Shown here: positions 60,736-64,000 of the stretch, piece by piece
Numbering within the stretch: the first letter of the stretch is position 1
How the letters are laid out: every line of letters starts with the position of its first letter
Source: Squalus acanthias
Taxonomy: Eukaryota
DNA length: 64,000 bases
Assembly (NCBI GenBank): GCA_030390025.1
Contig: CM059432.1
Coordinates: 41,542,001 to 41,606,000 of the forward strand
Direction of reading: 5' to 3'
Made by a program: the position numbers and the translations under genes
The notes under the pieces: model-generated
Database searches by the model: none
What the model saw: only the letters and a program-made list of their open reading frames with translations
What the model was told of the DNA's origin: nothing

Positions 60736-61928
60736 TTCGGTCCTGGGATGTGGGCGTCGCTGGCAAGGGTGGGGCGGTGTAAAGTGAGAATGGCCTTGCC
60801 AGAAAAGTGTAATTGCTGCTTTAAGATCCAGCTTCAGAAGGATTTTCCATATTTACAACCAACCGGAAAGAAACATCTGTATTATGTTCAATATGCCAGT
60901 CAGTATTTTCCATTTAGAGTGGAGACGGGACATCTATAAAACACAAGGTACCACTAAACATAAAGCTGCTCTTACAGCACGTGCTAGTTCAAGTTCTGTT
61001 ACCGATTTTTTTCTCAACGTTGAGCCAACACAGAGTGAGTATGACCTTGCTTTGCAAGAAGGAATATATGCATATCATACCGTTAGACATAATCCCAGTT
61101 TCAGGTCAATGGACTGTACTTCCAATTTAAATAAAAAATTCATCAACCCAAAATTTCCGTGTGCGCGGACAAAGTGTGAAGCAATAGTTGCAAATGTTTT
61201 TGCTCCATGGGCAAATGGTGAACTAATTGAAGACCTAAAAGATGTTCAATATGTGTCACTGTCTGTTGATGCATCGAATAACGGACATGTAAAATTGCTT
61301 CCAGTCTTGGTTCGCTATTTCAAGGCTTATGAAGTGTGTGCAAACTAAACTGGTGGATTTTGTCGAACTTAAAGGAGAGATGTCAGAACATATTGCAGCT
61401 GAGATAATAAATGTGATGATTAAGTATGGAATCGAAAATAAGGTTGTGGCATTGTCAGCAGATAATACAAACACAAATTTTGACGTCCTACACAGACATG
61501 GAAGAGAAAATGCACACACCAAAGTAAATGTGAGCTTAAAAAGGGAATTGATAGGCCTTAGATGCCCTGCTCACATCGTGCCCGAACTGCAAGGGATGCA
61601 ATCCTAGTAGACGTTGAGAACTTTCTAATTAAGATTTTTGGATATTTTCATATATTTACTGATCGCATGGAAAGACTGAAAAGTTTTTGTGAATACGTGG
61701 GACAAGAATATCAGAATATACTGGGATACAGTAATGTCAGATGGCTGTCAATGTTACCTGCTTTAGAGAGGATCCTTCAACTGTGAGTCATTGAAGTCAT
61801 TTTACTTGTCAGAGGAAAAGTGCCCAGTAGGTCTTCACAAAATATTTGAAGATCCATGTACCGAACTCTGGCTTGCTTTTAGCCATGCAAACATGACACC
61901 TTTTCATGACACAATCTAATTGCTTTAG

Positions 61929-62085
61929 AGAGAAGTCGCACAACACCAGGTTATAGTCCAACAGTTTTATTTGTAATCACAAGCTTTCGATTTCAAATGA
62001 TTTCAAATAAAACTGTTGGACTATAACCTGGTGTTGTGCGACTTCTCACTTTTGTCCACCCCAGTCCAACACCGGCATCTCCGCA
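61929..62085 (+). mobile_element. Penelope-like family A fragment with inverted arm
   Basis: 12-bp TSD taattgctttag (61917-61928 / 62086-62097). Confidence 0.87.
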
Positions 62086-62658
62086 TAATTGCTTTAGGGA
62101 GATGATCACTGTGCAGTAGAGTCAACCGATATCTTAAACAATCTCGAAAAGAAGCTGGTTACATGTTAAGAAGACGACTTTGTGCCTGTTTTAATGAGAA
62201 AACTATTTAGAGACCTAGAAGAAGCGGGGGTTGTGACATGTCACTGCTATCTTAATGCGTAAGATCTTTCTTCGATACAGCCATAAAATGCATACGTGCA
62301 CGGGGAAAGCATACAGATGATGAGAGAGTTGAAGTGTCTGCTTTTAAAGAAGGTTCCTTTAAGATCCGAGATTGAAATAGCAGTCGAGTTACTGCAGAAG
62401 AAATGCCCGAATGTGACAATTAACGAGAATACACTGTTTGATGAAGTAACTGTTAAATGCGTTTGTGACAGGGAAACAGTGTAAATGGAATGACACAACT
62501 GCAGCAATCACGGTATGTGGCAGATGGGAATCCTCAGTACCACACGCAAATATAAAACAACTGGCAGAACTGATCCTGTGCCTGCCTGGCAGTAATGCTT
62601 CAGTCGACAGGGGTTTTTCTGTCATGAACGGACTTTGGACAGCAGAAAAATCCAGATA

Positions 62659-63015
62659 CAGGAAACTCTCGTTTAAACGGCACCTAAATATCCGGAATTC
62701 TCTAATAACCGGCAGAATTCATACTCTGAAAACTACAGTATACAGTCGTTTATAAGTTTTGTCTTACTGTTAAGTAATTAAAGAGTTATGGATTACCCTC
62801 AACTGGCAGTACTGTACTTAATCAAGCATCTTCCACCATCCATTTAACACAACATTCTGTAGGGGAGTACCCAATTATACTGCACATTTCTTGATTTTTT
62901 TATTTTTGTTTGTCAAAAATAGCCTCGGTAGATATACCTCTCCGTTATCCGGAATTTTTAATCAACCGGCACCATCCCGGTCCAGGTGGTGCCGGATATG
63001 AAAAAGAGTTTCCTG
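62659..63015. mobile_element. Tc1/mariner (Tigger/pogo-like) MITE, 357 bp
   Basis: TIR caggaaactct / agagtttcctg; TA duplication; removal restores the hAT frame EKSRYKVETVKAIL. Confidence 0.88.
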
Positions 63016-63555
63016 TACAAGGTTGAAACTGTGAAAGCCATTCTCACTGTCAAAACAAACTTCACTTTGCCCTGTCTCGAGTTCTGCAACAAACTGAGCA
63101 AGAACATTAAAATTCTAAAACAGATACACTCATCAGAGAAGTACAGCTTTTAATCCAGCGAGCTTCCAGCGGTGCTACCAGTATCAGGAATACGGTGAGC
63201 ACAATTTCTTGTGTGTTTAGGGGTGGAAATTTTTTATCTATAGACAGTTTCCGTCTCCTAGATATTTTTGGGGAACTGTGAAAATTAAGTGAGACTTTTT
63301 TTGTATTACTATACATAAAAACTGTATGAAATTATTTTGTTTGTAGTTTTATAATGCACCACTAGGTGGCGAATGTCATTTGTTAATTCTCATTCAAAAA
63401 ATTGTAACATTTGTTATATCCACATTATCGTTAACTGCGTGATGGTTGATGGAGGTTAATCTCGGCGCGTATTCCACCAGCAGAAGCAACAAAATTGTTA
63501 TGCTGGTTTTCTTGAAACGCGTCCTGGCTACTTTGCGGTGCTTCCACCCTGTGTG

Positions 63556-63732
63556 CATCGTTCCCTCTAAGCTGCGCAGTCTGCCGGTCCAGCATAGCCC
63601 GGGACCAACTTTTCCAATGTGAAGTTTCGCGCATGGGCTGTGCAGCCCGTTAAAGGGGCCGCAGACCCCCAAAAAATTGGGGGAGGGGGGGGGGGGGAGA
63701 GAGAGAGAGAGAGAGAGAGAGAGGGAACATTG
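63556..63732. mobile_element. hAT-type MITE with G-run and (GA)n
   Basis: Ends catcgttccctct / agagggaacattg; 8-bp duplication cctgtgtg / cctatgtg. Confidence 0.82.
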
Positions 63733-63775
63733 CCTATGTGTCCCCAGATTTGGTTTAGAAAATACAGTCACCCTA

Positions 63776-64000
63776 TTATAAAGGTCCTGTAAAAGTTTCA
63801 GAGGAGGGCCACCAGATTCATACCTTGTTTAAAAGACTTTAGTTACCACAATAGGGTTAGATTCCTGGGACTTCTTACTGTATTAAAAGTGTAAACTTCA
63901 AGGAGATTTGATTCAAGTCTTTAACATAATGAAAGAATTAGATTTGGTCCATAAGGATAGGCTATTTGATTAAGATAGGTTAGGGAGGACAAGGGGACAG
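63776..64000 (+). mobile_element. Old CR1 3' coding fragment
   Basis: gttcagaggagggccaccaga, ggagatttgattcaagtctttaacataatgaaag, aggacaaggggaca. Confidence 0.7.

Larger units (their letters stand above)
60790..63150 (+). pseudogene. hAT-superfamily transposase pseudogene
   Basis: VSLSVDASN, LSADNTNTN, CPAH, VRWLSM, LPGSNASVDRGFS across several frames; interrupted by two insertions. Confidence 0.85.
60770..63775 (+). mobile_element. Decayed hAT DNA transposon; only the right TIR is recognisable
   Basis: Right end cagtcacccta (= tagggtgactg, a hAT-type terminus); transposase pseudogene inside. Confidence 0.78.

Overview
This is repeat-dense vertebrate intergenic or intronic DNA. The repeat families (Deu-domain SacSINE1-like SINEs, several CR1 LINE families, L2, Penelope-like hairpins) point to a cartilaginous fish, probably a shark; that assignment is inference. 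I cannot support any host protein-coding gene, RNA gene or CRISPR array. The most notable element is an apparently intact 4.2-kb PIF/Harbinger DNA transposon (41413-45636). It has TIRs, a TTA target-site duplication (TSD), an open 386-aa DDE transposase and a convergent three-exon Myb/SANT-like gene predicted at 456 aa. Intron 1 of that gene holds a perfect 4x54-bp array built around a motif conserved in other, diverged Harbingers in the window. About ten further Harbinger derivatives and MITEs show a shared palindromic target preference. Also present are an ORF1-only L1/Tx1-like retroelement inserted in a SINE tRNA-like head, Penelope-derived hairpins with hammerhead-ribozyme cores, a decayed hAT transposase with nested MITEs, and many nested LINE/SINE insertions. 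Boundaries backed by TIRs or TSDs were read base by base; others are approximate. Family names come from motif recognition, not database searches.
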